Source of the DNA: Octopus sinensis
Lineage: Eukaryota
Assembly (NCBI RefSeq): GCF_006345805.1
Contig: NC_042999.1
Span: 66,526,001-66,590,000 of the forward strand
Reading direction: 5' to 3'
Length of the DNA: 64,000 nt
In this document: positions 51,337 through 64,000 of the stretch, in pieces
Layout of the letters: the number at the start of each line of letters is the position of its first letter
How positions within the stretch are numbered: position 1 is the stretch's first letter
Made by a program: the position numbers and the translations under genes
The notes under the pieces: generated by a model
Told to the model about the DNA's origin: nothing
Databases searched by the model: none
What the model saw: the letters and a program-made list of their open reading frames with translations, nothing else

Positions 51337-52598
51337 CAGGGGTTGGACAAAATAATGGAAACACCTTAAAATTTCAAACAATTTTTTTTTAATACAGGGT
51401 AGGACCGCCTCTGGCAGTAACTGCGGCGTGAATTCAATGAGGTATGGACTTGTACAAAGTTTCAATTGTTTCCAAAGGTTTTCTTTTGTCCATTTTTCAG
51501 CTAAAACAGTCTCCTGTTCTTGTAGCGATGATGGTGGAGGATATCGACATTTTTTCTAAAATGCACCATAAATGTTCATTAATATTGAGACCTGGAGACG
51601 GTGGTGGCCAGATAAGATGTTCAAATTCCCTAGAAATTTCCTCGTGCCATTCAGTATCTAGCTTAGCTGTGTGAATTGGTGTATAATCTTCCTGAAAGAT
51701 TGCGTTTTCCTCCGGAAACCGTTCCGCAATTATAGGATGAATTTGATCAGATAAAATTCTTAAATAGTCTTGACTATTCTGTCATAAAGGGAAACTATTG
51801 GGCTGGTGGATTTCCAAGATATATCCCCCCAGATCATAACAGATCCTCCTCCATGTTTAACAGTTGGAAGAAGGCAGTCTGAACCAAATGCTTTTTTTGG
51901 CTATCTCCACACGTATACTCGGCCGGTGGTCGGAAATAAGGTAAAGGGTGACTCGTACGAGAAAATAACATTCTTCCACTGCTCTAGAGACCAATTCTGT
52001 AGGTTTTTACTCCACTCAAAACGCTTTGCAACGTTTGTTTTTCAATGTAATGGTTTTCTGATTGCAACCCTCCCCCCTCCCATGAAATCTGGCTTTGTGC
52101 AGCTCTCGGAAAACAGTTTTTGTGGAAACTGAGTTCTTGAGGTAATCATTAACATCTGCAGTAATTTTGGGTGCTGTACTTTTGTGATCCTTTCTAACAA
52201 TTCGCGTAAGGGTCCGACGATCCCTATCTGAAAGTTTTGGATTTCTTCCGGAGTTTTGTTTCGACGAGGAGGCTTTTTCTTCTTTCTCAACGGCTGTCAT
52301 TACTTTTGAGAGAGTACTTCTTCACACACCAAACATTTTCGTTACGCTAGCGCCTGCTATACGAGCACCAACAATTTGATCTCTTTGAAAGTCCGATAGA
52401 TCTGTTATTTCAATGAATTTTAATTACCTTTTTCTGATGTCTGAAAAGAAAAAACGATTTTAGCATAGGATATTAAGGAACACTAATAATAGCTAAAAAA
52501 AAAAGCATAAAAATAAACAAGCTTCTGGCGGTCTTAGAGATATTTCAAAATGATGATGCTATGATGCTAGGTGTTTCCCTTATGTTGCCAAAACCCTG
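51337..52598 (-). mobile_element. Tc1-family transposon, full extent, decayed transposase
   Basis: TIRs caggggttggacaaaataatggaaacacct / aggtgtttcccttatgttgccaaaaccctg with TA flanks; SGRNPKLSDRDRRTL...VSTKTVFRELHK helix-turn-helix region. Confidence 0.9.
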
Positions 52599-52659
<61 letters not shown>

Positions 52660-52674
52660 CTTATCTTCTTCTTA

Positions 52675-52980
52675 TCTTATCTAGTTTCAGCTCACGAGCT
52701 GTGGCCATGCTGGAGCACCGCCATTTCGTGTTGGTGCATAATCTTACTTCAACAATGCTATTTAGGAATTGACATTTGCTGCATGAGAGAGTTTGATGCT
52801 GCTGCCCTCATCCGCACCTCTCTCTCTATATATATATACACGCATGTATATGTACATATATACATGCATACTCATATATATGTGTGTGTGTGTAACTATT
52901 GCAGAAGAAATTTCTCCAAGGTGCAGCGCAGTGTGACTGGTTGAAATGCGAACTTCATAACCACAGTGTTGTGTCCGCGC
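52675..52980 (-). mobile_element. Old SINE-like copy with an extended CR1-derived tail
   Basis: Minus strand agggcagcagcatcaaactctctc (22/24 to LINE 57101-57124) and ggtgctccagcatggccacagctcgtgagctgaaac; caccttggagaaat core-like segment. Confidence 0.6.
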
Positions 52981-53694
52981 ATGTATCTATAATAAAAAAA
53001 AAGGTATTTCTAAAACTCTATAATTAATTCATATACTTAATGATTTGTTACACAGATGCAAATACAGAGATTTTAGAGTAAGTGCTTGTCGTTGTTTGGT
53101 ACTCATTTTACCAACTATTGGTTAACGCCACTTAAACACATCTGTTCCGTGGGAACCAACGTTACTGCCATTTTAACACTAAGAGGACGCCTCCTCTAAC
53201 TGGTTGTTCGATGCGATCTCTTCCATATATATATTGAAAGCAGGGGAGTAAACCCCTCCCATATTCCAGCCATGAGAACACCACACCGTACGGCTTCGAT
53301 GTCTTTGTGTTCATCTTCGATGGTGGATACTATTTTGTAAGTTAGGTCAATCTTCATGGGATTTCAATAAATACAGAAGTACTTATTGGAAAAACCGAGG
53401 AGTATTAAACGACTGAATATTAATATTATTTGCAAAATAACTTGTACCATTAAGTAGTTTAATTCTGTTCAACCCATTTAGTTTTACCTCTGTTCGTTTC
53501 AGCCACAGGCTGTGGAGATTTTGAGGCACCATTCGTTTCAAAATTAAAGGTAATTCGTAAATTTCCACTTATGGAATTCTCATATACCTCTGAAGTGAGA
53601 TCTGAACTATCTTTAAGATAAATTACAGTTCAATGACATGTCTATACTGTGAAAGAAATCACTTACACGCATATATATATATATATATATCTAT

Positions 53695-53759
<65 letters not shown>

Positions 53760-53859
53760 TATATATATTAGAAGAAATGAGGTAATCAGAAGATCGGATG
53801 GTTTGTATTTACAGATATTTATTTATATATTACATTTCTTACATATATATCATATCACT

Positions 53860-54438
53860 TAATTCATTAGCGCTTTCTCCCATTCTAGTGGGGTTTTCAA
53901 ATGAAAATAAGTTCCTTTGCTGGGGATTTTAATCATTTTATGGTTTCTCGTTGTGATGGGGAGGAATATAAGACAGTACAAGAGGGTGAGGTGGATGAGG
54001 AGAAAGTGAGAGGGAGAACATGTGTGTATGTGTGTATGTGTGTGTGTGTGCATGTGCGTGTGTGTGTGTGTGTTTGTATCTGAGGTGATTGCTAAAGAGA
54101 AAGGGGGGAAGGGAGAGGGAAGAGGAAGGAAATAAGTTTTTTGGTCTGCTGGACAGGATATTGACTCCAAGGGGGTTCTAAGAATTTCAGTTTTGACCAC
54201 TTCACAGTGTCATTGAGTGTGTAGTGGTGGGGAGGTAGGCCATAATATTGCTCCAAGGGGGTTCTAAGAATTTCAGCTTTGACCACTTCACAATGTCACT
54301 GAGTGTGTGATGGCGGGGAGGTAAGCCATAAATTATATTTCCTTTTAACATTGTGGGGATAGTCAAATGTCTTTTTGTGTTTTTAAGAATTCTTATCACT
54401 TTGTATGATCGTTTTGTGGAGGTGTGTGTGTGTGTGTC

Positions 54439-54489
<51 letters not shown>

Positions 54490-57400
54490 GTGCGTGTGTG
54501 CATGTGCGTGTGTCTGTGTGTTTGGAGAAGGGGAGAGAGACAAAAAAAGAAAAAGAAAAATAAGGGAGAAAGGGGAAAAAATTGTGTTGATATTTATACC
54601 ACTATATACATATATAGACGCGTATACATGAAATATTTGAAAAAAACCTTTTTATCGGTTCAAAATGAACAACTAAATTACACCATCTTGAAAATTGACA
54701 TCACTTGAACAGAGACAGACAGAGTCCTTGTTGGCTCTCACACGCAAGTTTTCATGGAACAAGCAGTGCTTCGGCCACAGAGGTGAGAATGTCTTGGACC
54801 TCTGTTTCACAAGCAACCCGATGCTCATCCACAACATAATGGTAACACCTACAATTCTCTCAGATCACAACTTAGTAGAGGTAATGATATATGGTATGAG
54901 AGAGTTAGTTGAGACGCAGCCATTAGAAAATACCACAGGCCTATCCAGTCTAAACTTCCATAAGGCAAACTGGAAGAAGATCAACGAAGAGATCCGAAAA
55001 CATGACTGGAGTGACTTCATCAACCACACAAGAGACCAACACACATTTCCAACATTTCATGACAACAATACAGAACATATGCCATAAGTTTGTCCCGGAG
55101 AAAAAAGCCAGCGGGCATAGGACGTTATTCCCAAGACAGGAAAATACTTATGAGGCGAGAGCTAAGCTCTCGAAGCAACTGAATGCACGGCAGAGAAACA
55201 ATAAGGGACTCCACCTGAAACTTTTTGAAACGGAAACTGCACTCAAACTTTCCTATGAGAAGGAGAGGGCAGAGAGAGAAGCCAGGGCCATAGAGAATAT
55301 CAAAACAAACCCTAAAGCTTTCTTTAAATTTGCGAAAGAAACCACCTCGGTACACTGCAAGATTGGCCCACTCTTTGATAAAAAGGGCTCTCTAACTGAG
55401 GACCCCCAAGGGATAAGTGAAATACTAAAGGAACAGTATAAAAGTGTGTTCACATCCCCTCTGGGGCACATGCAAATCACAAACCCAGAGTTTTCTTTGA
55501 TGCCACAACACTCCAAACCAAACAACAACCATCGACCACATAGACATAACAGAGAGGGATGTAATATCTGCCATAGAAGAAATGAGAATAAACTCAGCTG
55601 CTGGACCAGATGGATTCCCAGCAGTCCTCCTAAAAACATGCAGGCATGCCCTAGCGGGACCCTGAAGATGCTCTTCAGTGGTTCCTTGGCTAACGGTAAA
55701 CTGCCCAGGGCGCTAAAAGAAGGCACCATATGCCCTATCCACAAAGGAGGGAGTAGAGCAGAGGCCAAAAACTACAGGCCAGTCTCCCTGACGTCACACA
55801 TAAGTAAGGTCATGGAACGAATCATCAGAAAAAAACTGATCACGTTCCTCGAAAACTAACCGTCTCACTGACACACAGCATGGCTTTCGCCCAGGAAGAA
55901 GCTGCCTTACGCAGCTGTTACAACACTACGACTGGGTACTGAAACAACTACTGGATCGCTCACAGGTGGATGTGGTATATCTCGACTTTGCGAAGGCCTT
56001 TGACAAAGTCGACCACGGAGTGTAGTCACAAATTACTCAAATTACTCAGACTCGGCATAACAGGAAAGTAGGTGAGTGGATACATGACTTCCTGAAGGAC
56101 AGAAGCCAGATGGTTGCAGCCAATGGAGCCCTCTCGGGAAAGACAACCAATAGCAAGCGGGGTGCCACAGGGCACAGTCTTGGGACCCTTGCTGTTTTTG
56201 GTGGCGCTCTCTGACATGCCCTTGGTAGCACAAACAACATCCCTCACTAGCTATGCTGATGACACAAGGTAGCACAGGCAATTAAAACCCAGCTGATGCT
56301 GACCTTTTACAACAAGATCTGGATGCCATATACAAATGGGCTGAAGAAAACAACATGCAATTTAATGCTGGTAAATTTCAAGCCTTACAATATCAAGCTG
56401 TAAACACATATACATTACAACACAACTATACTGGTCCAGGAGGGATCGAAATCCCAGTATCGAAATCAATACGGGACCTGGGGATAGACATGAGTGACGA
56501 TGCATCTTTTTCTTCACACATCGCGAAGGTGGCGACAATGTGCAGACGACTCACTGGCTGGATCCTGAGGACATTCCGGACAAGAGACTGCGAGACCATG
56601 TTGACACTATGGAGGACATTTGTCCCTAAGCCGCCTAGACTACTGCTCCCAACTGTGGTCACCGCATAGTGTCAAACTAACCACAGAGCTTGAGACAATC
56701 CAAGACATTTCACCAAGAGGATTTCCACCATGAAAGAAAAAAACTATTGGGAGAGGCTTAGGGAACTCAATTTGTACTCCTTGGAACGAAGACGAGAGAG
56801 ATATGCAGTGATATACATATGGAAAATCCTGGAGGGACTAGCACCAAATTTTGGAATTGAGAGCTGTTCCAATCCCCGTACAGGTCGTCACTGTGTGGTG
56901 CCAAAGGTCCCGTCTTCCACATCCAGGGTAAGGAGCAGATACTGTAATAGCCTGGGGTTCAGGGGCCCTCAGCTGTTCAACAAACTGCCAAGAAAACTAA
57001 GAGATCTACATGATGCGGATGTGGACATTTTCAAAAACATCTAGACAAGCTGCTTTCCGGGATCCCAGATGAACCCACTGCAAGGTACGAAGGTAACCTA
57101 AGGGCAGCAGCTACAAACTCTCTCTTAGATCAGTGGCCAGCCACGGCAAACTGGACTTAGAGAGGGTAGCAACAAGGGCGGTGCCCCAGCATGGCCTCAG
57201 CCGGATGGCTGAAACAAGTAAAAGAGTAAAAGAGTATAGGAAAGTTAAAATTGAAGTGACAGTTAAAAAGTACAGATGAAGTAAATTATAAAAATAATAT
57301 AATGTATATAACAGGCAATATATATAGATATATATACACACACATATATATACATATACAGACGTATACTAAATGTTCTACTATATTAGATTGTAAATCG

Positions 57401-57634
57401 AAAGATGTGTCCTTCAATGTCACTATATATATATACATATGCTTATACATGAAATATTAGAAAGAGAAAAAAAAACCTTCTATCGATTCAAAATGAACAA
57501 TCAAATTACACCATCTTGAAAATTGCATATAGGAAGGTTAGAATTAGAATGACAATTGGCAAGTAAAGATCAAGTAAATTACAAAAATAATATAATGTAT
57601 ATAACAGGTAATATATGTATATATACTCACACGC

Positions 57635-57682
<48 letters not shown>

Positions 57683-58530
57683 ACACATTAATGTTCTACT
57701 ATATTATATGTAAATCGAAAGATTTGTCCTTCAATGTATGATGAGTAAGTTTCAGCCATTTATTTGGGGGAGAACTTAGCTGTGAAATATTTTTCTATAT
57801 TCCTCCTGAAAGAGGTGTCGTTCTTCGGACATTTGTAGAAGGGAAAGATCTTAAATTTTCCTTCTCCACACGTAGCTAGGTGTGTACTTAGTGGTATTTT
57901 GCGTAGTTCTTCCTGCCGAATATGTTGTCGGTGAATCCTGGCTCGCTGGCACAAAGAATTACCAGTTTCACCTACATAATTCTCCTTGCACGTGGGGCAG
58001 GTTATGCAGTATATAACGTTCTGCGTCTTGCAGTTCATATCTGCATTTATTTTGAATATGTCACCACTTTTAAATCTTATCTCTCTGTTTCCCTCTATGT
58101 ATTTGTAGGTGGGGTTTATGCAGATCCCACATCTACCATCTCCACACTCTTTTGCAAAGAATTCCGTTTTAATTTCTGAAGAGAATTTCGCTCTTGTTAG
58201 GTGTTTCTTTAGGTTTTTGTCTTGTCGTCTACTGTTTTTTATGCTATATTTGTTTAATATGTTCTTCATTTTGGGGCTTTGTAAGGCTATTGGTAGGTTT
58301 GAATGTATGGTTTGGAAGATGTTGGTAACTCCAGGGTTGTGCGTGTTTATAAAAGGGATAATGTTTTCTTTGTTTTTTGTTTTGGGTGTCCTGAGTTGTG
58401 CGATGTCTAGTTTTAATGTATATTTATATACATAACAATATACACATAGACAAGCACACGTGTTCAGAAAAAAACAGTTCATCTTTACGTTGAACAAACT
58501 ATTTTGTCTATATATATTAAAATTCATGTT
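53860..58530 (-). mobile_element. Penelope-like (Neptune-type) element 3' portion with long repetitive 3' region, interrupted by a LINE
   Basis: ORF 57760-58527: CGDGRCGIC linker, CKTQNVIYCITCPTCKENYVGETG, RARIH; direct repeats 54599-54694+57237-57420 and 57421-57737; ~86-bp tandem pair at 54160-54330. Confidence 0.8.
54695..57236 (+). mobile_element. CR1/Jockey-group LINE, 5'-truncated, frameshifted ORF2
   Basis: ENVLDL...SDHNLV (endonuclease end), NYRPVSLTS, QHGFR, LDFAKAFDKVDH, VPQG, YADDT, LYSLERRRER; tail (gtaaaaga)n. Confidence 0.92.
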
Positions 58531-58697
58531 AGACTAACAGTCTCGTAACACATTTTTCCTTCTCTTTACAATGGCTCTAATGTCATTGACCTGGTGATAA
58601 ATCTAATTCTACTAATTCTACATTTTTGACCCGCATCCGCTATTTAGAAAGCAATCTATATCTAAACATTTCTCTCTCTCTTCCTCTCTCTCTCTCT

Positions 58698-58736
<39 letters not shown>

Positions 58737-59451
58737 ATCTTCCTCTTAAGCATTCACCGTTTCTCCTTCATATGCTTATATGCATTTTCCTCATTATCTT
58801 CGGAATAATTTTTATTATTTTTCTTTCTATAGACAACTTTGATTATTATTTTATTCTGGTTGTCCCCTATAATCATTCGGTATTTAAAAACTAGTTTTAT
58901 AGACATTTCTTACAAAATTCCTATTTTGTTTTTGCACATTAAATTGTGTAGGTTGAACTACGTAGAGAAAGAATCATAGTTATTTTTTGCGATACACACA
59001 TAAAACAAATTTTTTTCAGGGTTCTCAAAAAAGTGTTGTGGATCCACAGTTTACTAATTTGTTATGTGGACTACAAAAACTTTTATATGAACTTTCAGGG
59101 TCCATATGCGTCCCGGTTCAGAACCAGTAACAATGCGGTTACATCATCAAAGCACACAAGTTATATAACCAAAGATTTTATCCTTGATATCTTTCACAAA
59201 ATGAAAGTTAATTTCATGAAAAATCGTGCTTTCGATCCCCAGAGAAGTATTACATTACGTTCTTGAACAAGACATTTGGTCTTACGTTGCTCCAGTTCAT
59301 CCAAATGTAAATAGGTGAAAGTAACGATAAAAATCTCTAATGAAAATTTTCTTATGTGCAATGGTCACAAGAACGTCTTTATTCCGAAGTGTTACAATTG
59401 CATTATGGTAAGCGAAGTGTGTGATTTTTGCAAAGGTCAAAGAGTGAACAT

Positions 59452-59683
59452 TGACAACTAAATCTATCCTATATGGTTTTGGGTCTGGTTTGCAAGAGTT
59501 TTTATGTGAATACGCGTGTTGAAATACATTTTGCTGTGTTTGGGAGAGTCATATTACCTTAATATATTTAACACGGGTAGTATGAGTCTCCCAGACACAA
59601 CAAAATGTATTTCAACACAAGCATTCACAAAAAAGCTCTTGCAAACCAGACACAAAGCCCTATAGGATAGATCTAGTCGTTAC
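59452..59683. repeat. MITE-like palindrome, ~110-bp arms
   Basis: gtctggtttgcaagag...gtgttgaaatacattttg / caaaatgtatttcaacac...ctcttgcaaaccagac. Confidence 0.85.
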
Positions 59684-60339
59684 TAATTGTGACTTTGGGA
59701 GCAAAAATAGCAGTTATTGCTAGAAATAAGAGTTAAAACCCTTGTAACTGCATGAAAAGCGCATTTGTATATAATGACTGGATAGATAACTGCCTCATGA
59801 GTAAAGCCAGAACACTAGACCACGTTTTCGTCCTGTAATATGTGACTATTGCTTCGATGGAACAACTAAAATCTCTCCGTTACTATATAGTTTGTCATAC
59901 ACACGTGCGCACACGCGCACAAATACACACGCACGTACACACGACAAACTTCCACACAGTTTTCGCCCACCAAATATACTCACATAGCCCTGTTTGGCCC
60001 GGAGTTTTCGTAGAACATACTTTCCCATAGTGCAGCACAGTTGGACTGAACTCGAAATTACATGGTTGCAAAGAGAGCTTCTTAAATTCAATGCCATACC
60101 AGCGCTTATGTAAGAAATCTTCCTAAATATCTTTCAACTTATACGCTACCCTTAACTCTTACCCACACATAACTCCAATTATTTGTTTCCCCAAAATTCA
60201 GAATGTTACTTTCCACAAAACAGCAGCTACTGCAACCTATGACCTGATGGTTTAGAGTCATTACTAACGTCTACTACAACGAATATACCCACACTATAAT
60301 TCTTTGAATATATGGCACGGAACCAACAATTTTGAAGGA

Positions 60340-60500
60340 GGATAAAGTCGATTACATCGACCCCAGTATGCAACTGTTTCTTGTTTTATAAACCCTGAAA
60401 GAAGTAAGGCATTAAACTTTGACAAAATCTGAACTCAGATCTAAGAAATATTACTAAACGTTTTGTCCGCCGTGGTATCGATTCTGCCAACTGGCTGCCT
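60340..60500 (-). mobile_element. Degenerate OK-like SINE
   Basis: gtcgattacatcgaccccag...gaactcag...gattctgccaact. Confidence 0.65.
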
Positions 60501-60789
60501 TTATTTCCTCCTAGTATAAGGAATCTTAGAGTCGAACGAATCTTTGAGTTAGCTGTCAAATATTTTAATATGTTTGTTGTTATGCCGTTCTGTATTGTTT
60601 ATTATCCTAGTATTACAATGATTTGTGTGGAAGTTATATTTTTATCGTTATTTGCACCGTGTACAGCGAGATCTGAAACGATTGTATACTTGTTTATTCT
60701 TAATACGTCCCGGTATGTTCGAACGGAAAATATGCTAGTCACTGCAGTGTATATCATAGGATAATAACTTCTCCCTTATACACCGACAT

Positions 60790-60985
60790 GGCGTTGAACA
60801 ATTCAACGACCAGTAAATTTGGCGACCGCACTTGCCTGGAGCAAGGAAAATGTTCCCAATGCGAGCCACGCAAGAGGTTCACAGACAATCTTAAAGACAC
60901 AATTGGAAAGATCATCTGGGATGATCTTGCATCAGATAAAGAGATGTGGAGTAATCGAATGGCTATTGGTGCTGAAACGTGATGG
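60790..60985 (+). pseudogene. RTE-clade LINE ORF C-terminal remnant
   Basis: LEQGKCSQCEPRKRFTDNLK...WDDLASDKEMW resembles the RTE/BovB EL..G.R..G.PRKRFKD.LK...WE.LA.DR..W terminus. Confidence 0.6.
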
Positions 60986-62482
60986 ATGATGTGACGTCTC
61001 TAAATGCAAAGAATTGTATTTTCTAGTAGTTAAAGAATATACACTTACGTTATACAAGCTATAAATCATTTTCGATTCTAATTTAAACAATGGTCAGGAG
61101 AGTCATAGTGTACAATAGATACTAATTTGTTTCTTAATGTATTTGCTTATTTGATTGTCAATTTCGTTTTGCCTGTATATCAATGGATTTATTGAATGTC
61201 ATCACATTTGAAATTATTCTTCCATTTTATGCAAATATAATTTCGAACTGAGTTTATGGTTCAGTATATGGTTAAACTAGTTTTCTGCTACGAATATATA
61301 ATAACTATACAGTATAGGACTAAAGAACTACCGAATATGGATGTAATTCGCAATATAATGAATGAGTTGTATGAGTAAATAGTTTTTCTTCGCAAAACCT
61401 TTCTTACTTCATTCTATAACAGACAGATATCTTTTCTATAATTGACAAGTTTTCAAGCGTGAAATTTATAATTATACGAAAGTGAAAAGACATTGGTAAG
61501 GTACGTGTCCATAGCATTGTACAAACCATACACACACGTAGCTTCATATACAAACAAACACACACACACACACACACATAAAGCAATATTGCTTCGATTC
61601 TAAATGATCAAGGTATTATCTCACATGTTTGATACCCGCTTAAAATTTTACCTGAAGATAGTGCATTTTATGTTATGATGTAATCTATGAATACATGAGT
61701 AAAATTCTACCGAAACAGCTGTCGTAAATTTTACACCCATTTGTGTTCTTTTTTATACCTATGTCTCACGTAGGACCAAACTTGAGTCGAACCTATGGCT
61801 TGAATTGGATTTCGTAGTTATCTGCAATACCCCACTAACACTCGATACCGTCGTGGGTGCTTACCTCACTGAGAACCTTATTCTATTGTACCTAGCGATT
61901 TCTGGCGTCCTACTTGTTCCTGTGCCTAGATTCTATTAAATCCTTTAACTAATCTCTCTCCTCTGTCACTCACTTTCTCTCTATATATCTATCTTTATAT
62001 ATATATATATATGCATATACATATATATAAATATATGTATACATGTATGTATGTATGGATAGATGGATGTGTGTATGTATGCATGCATGTATGTATGCAT
62101 ACATGCATGTATGTATGTATGTATGTATGTATGTATGTATGTATGTATGTATGTATGAACGTATCTATAGATGTATGTATGCATGTACCCGAACGCATAA
62201 ATACTCGGGTTGGTGATCGAGGGTGCCGTAATCCTACTGGGCATGAACGACCCCTGGTCTATGTCAAGATGTCTCTCTAGAAAAATGCTAACTCGTATTT
62301 AAAAGTTGGAGCCCCACTTGAGCGGGATATGTTGCGCTTTGCTTGTCTCTAGGCTTCTACATATTGCTAGTGAGAGCCATCGTGGTGTTGTGCAAGGTGC
62401 ACCTGGATTAGGAACCCTTGCATGTACAGTGTTGACAATTGATACTTGCCAGCGATGATCATACTTGTCTCGCGAGCAGAAA

Positions 62483-62685
<203 letters not shown>

Positions 62686-63298
62686 TTGATAGCAGTGTTC
62701 TCCCAGTTTTTGTGTGTCCTCTGTCCATGTTATTACTTAGTACAAATCCCTTTATTTTCACTAAATTAATTGACTTCTCTCTTATTGGGTTCCTTGCTAT
62801 TGTCAGGTTGTGGCCTTTAAAAGATTAAGTGTATATGTGGACCACACTAGACACTAATACATCAGGTATTAACTATTTATCTGCAAAGCACATGCTTTGT
62901 TATTTACGCAGGTATAGAGTTACTAGATACATAAATATGTCCATGAAACAGAAACATGAAAAGTTGCATGAAAATATCACAAACCGATTATATTCCTGAT
63001 TGCTTTTTCATTTGGAATGGTAATATAGTTCGACCCATTATTTGCCGTACTTTGTTTGATGTGTTTTCGTAAATTATTCACATTTTCCTGACAGTAAATC
63101 TATTCCTGTGTATTAGGAAGCCATTTACAAACCCAGTTTACAGAAGAAGTAATCGCCCTCGCTCAACTCGGATTTTACTGCATGTTGATCAGGTCTGCTT
63201 TCGTTATTAATATTAACACTAAACGAAATGCCGATCGACTTTGATATATGCGTGATATAAAAAGATGCCTTATGATATATATAATCATACATACATAC

Positions 63299-63337
<39 letters not shown>

Positions 63338-63368
63338 TGTGTGTGTGTGTATGTATATGTATATGTAT

Positions 63369-63456
<88 letters not shown>

Positions 63457-63750
63457 TTACGAGAGGTAATGGTGTCAAGAATACCCAAAGGTGTCAGGTA
63501 ATGCTGACTAAGTGCTACGGAAAGACTATAGTTAAGCTCCAAGTTTGGTGATTATGCGAATGAGGAGTCCAACGTAGGTAATATATCAGCATGGGTGTAT
63601 GTGAAAATTAACAGAATGAGATAAAAATCCAAGGCTTGAAAGATTTCAGAACATTTATAAAGGGAAGTGCTTACAGCTGTTTTCGGGATATATTTTATAT
63701 ACCCCGTCATCGGAGACGGGGTGAGGAAATGTTTAAGCAATAGTTATTCC

Positions 63751-64000
63751 AGAGAAGATATGAAATAGAGAGTGAAGTGGGGGAATGAAAACAGACGTGA
63801 GATATGCAGGGGTATTGTATCTGCAGATCCATTATTTAAGCAGAATGGTATACATATAAGTTTCCTGTACCTTGTGTTTAAGTTTCAATAGTATCTAAAT
63901 ACTGTTTTGTCTAAATAATGAAACTGCAGATACAATATCCCTGCATATTGCACGTCTGTTTTCATTCCTCCACTTCACTCTCTATTTCATATCTTCTCTA
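63751..64000. repeat. MITE-like element with ~75-bp TIRs (may extend past the window edge)
   Basis: agagaagatatgaaatagagagtgaagtgg...atctgcag / ctgcagat...ccacttcactctctatttcatatcttctct. Confidence 0.85.

Noticed and set aside
53160-53340. IWKDR...RGGVLL peptide resembling a LINE endonuclease
   Set aside because: Single short motif, and neighbouring motifs are in the wrong order.
57715-57755. gaaagatttgtc...atgatgag as a type II hammerhead
   Set aside because: Stems II and III do not pair, and the core lacks CU.

Overview
Eukaryotic, AT-rich, microsatellite-saturated DNA with no recognisable host gene. The SINE families and the (TA)n/(TG)n/(TAGA)n/(TATG)n load point to an octopod cephalopod intron or intergenic region (inferred from recalled family sequences; no database search was run). 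Nearly all ORF-track entries are microsatellite artefacts. The genuine coding remnants all belong to transposons: three Tx1/L1-like LINE copies (one near full length, embedded in (GATA)n), a CR1/Jockey-group LINE, an RTE remnant, four Penelope-like (GIY-YIG) fragments and two Tc1 elements. There are also non-autonomous Helitrons, MITE/foldback palindromes and many tRNA-derived SINEs. The most notable signal is a ~2.4 kb tandem array (38559-40925) of a non-coding ~480-bp unit, each unit carrying a type I hammerhead ribozyme fold on the minus strand, i.e. a retrozyme-like array. Several unrelated hammerhead motifs also occur, including one downstream of a tRNA-like Pol III head. Two apparent SINE-LINE shared-3'-tail partnerships are visible inside the window, one supported by compensatory base changes. 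All alignments and folds were done by eye.
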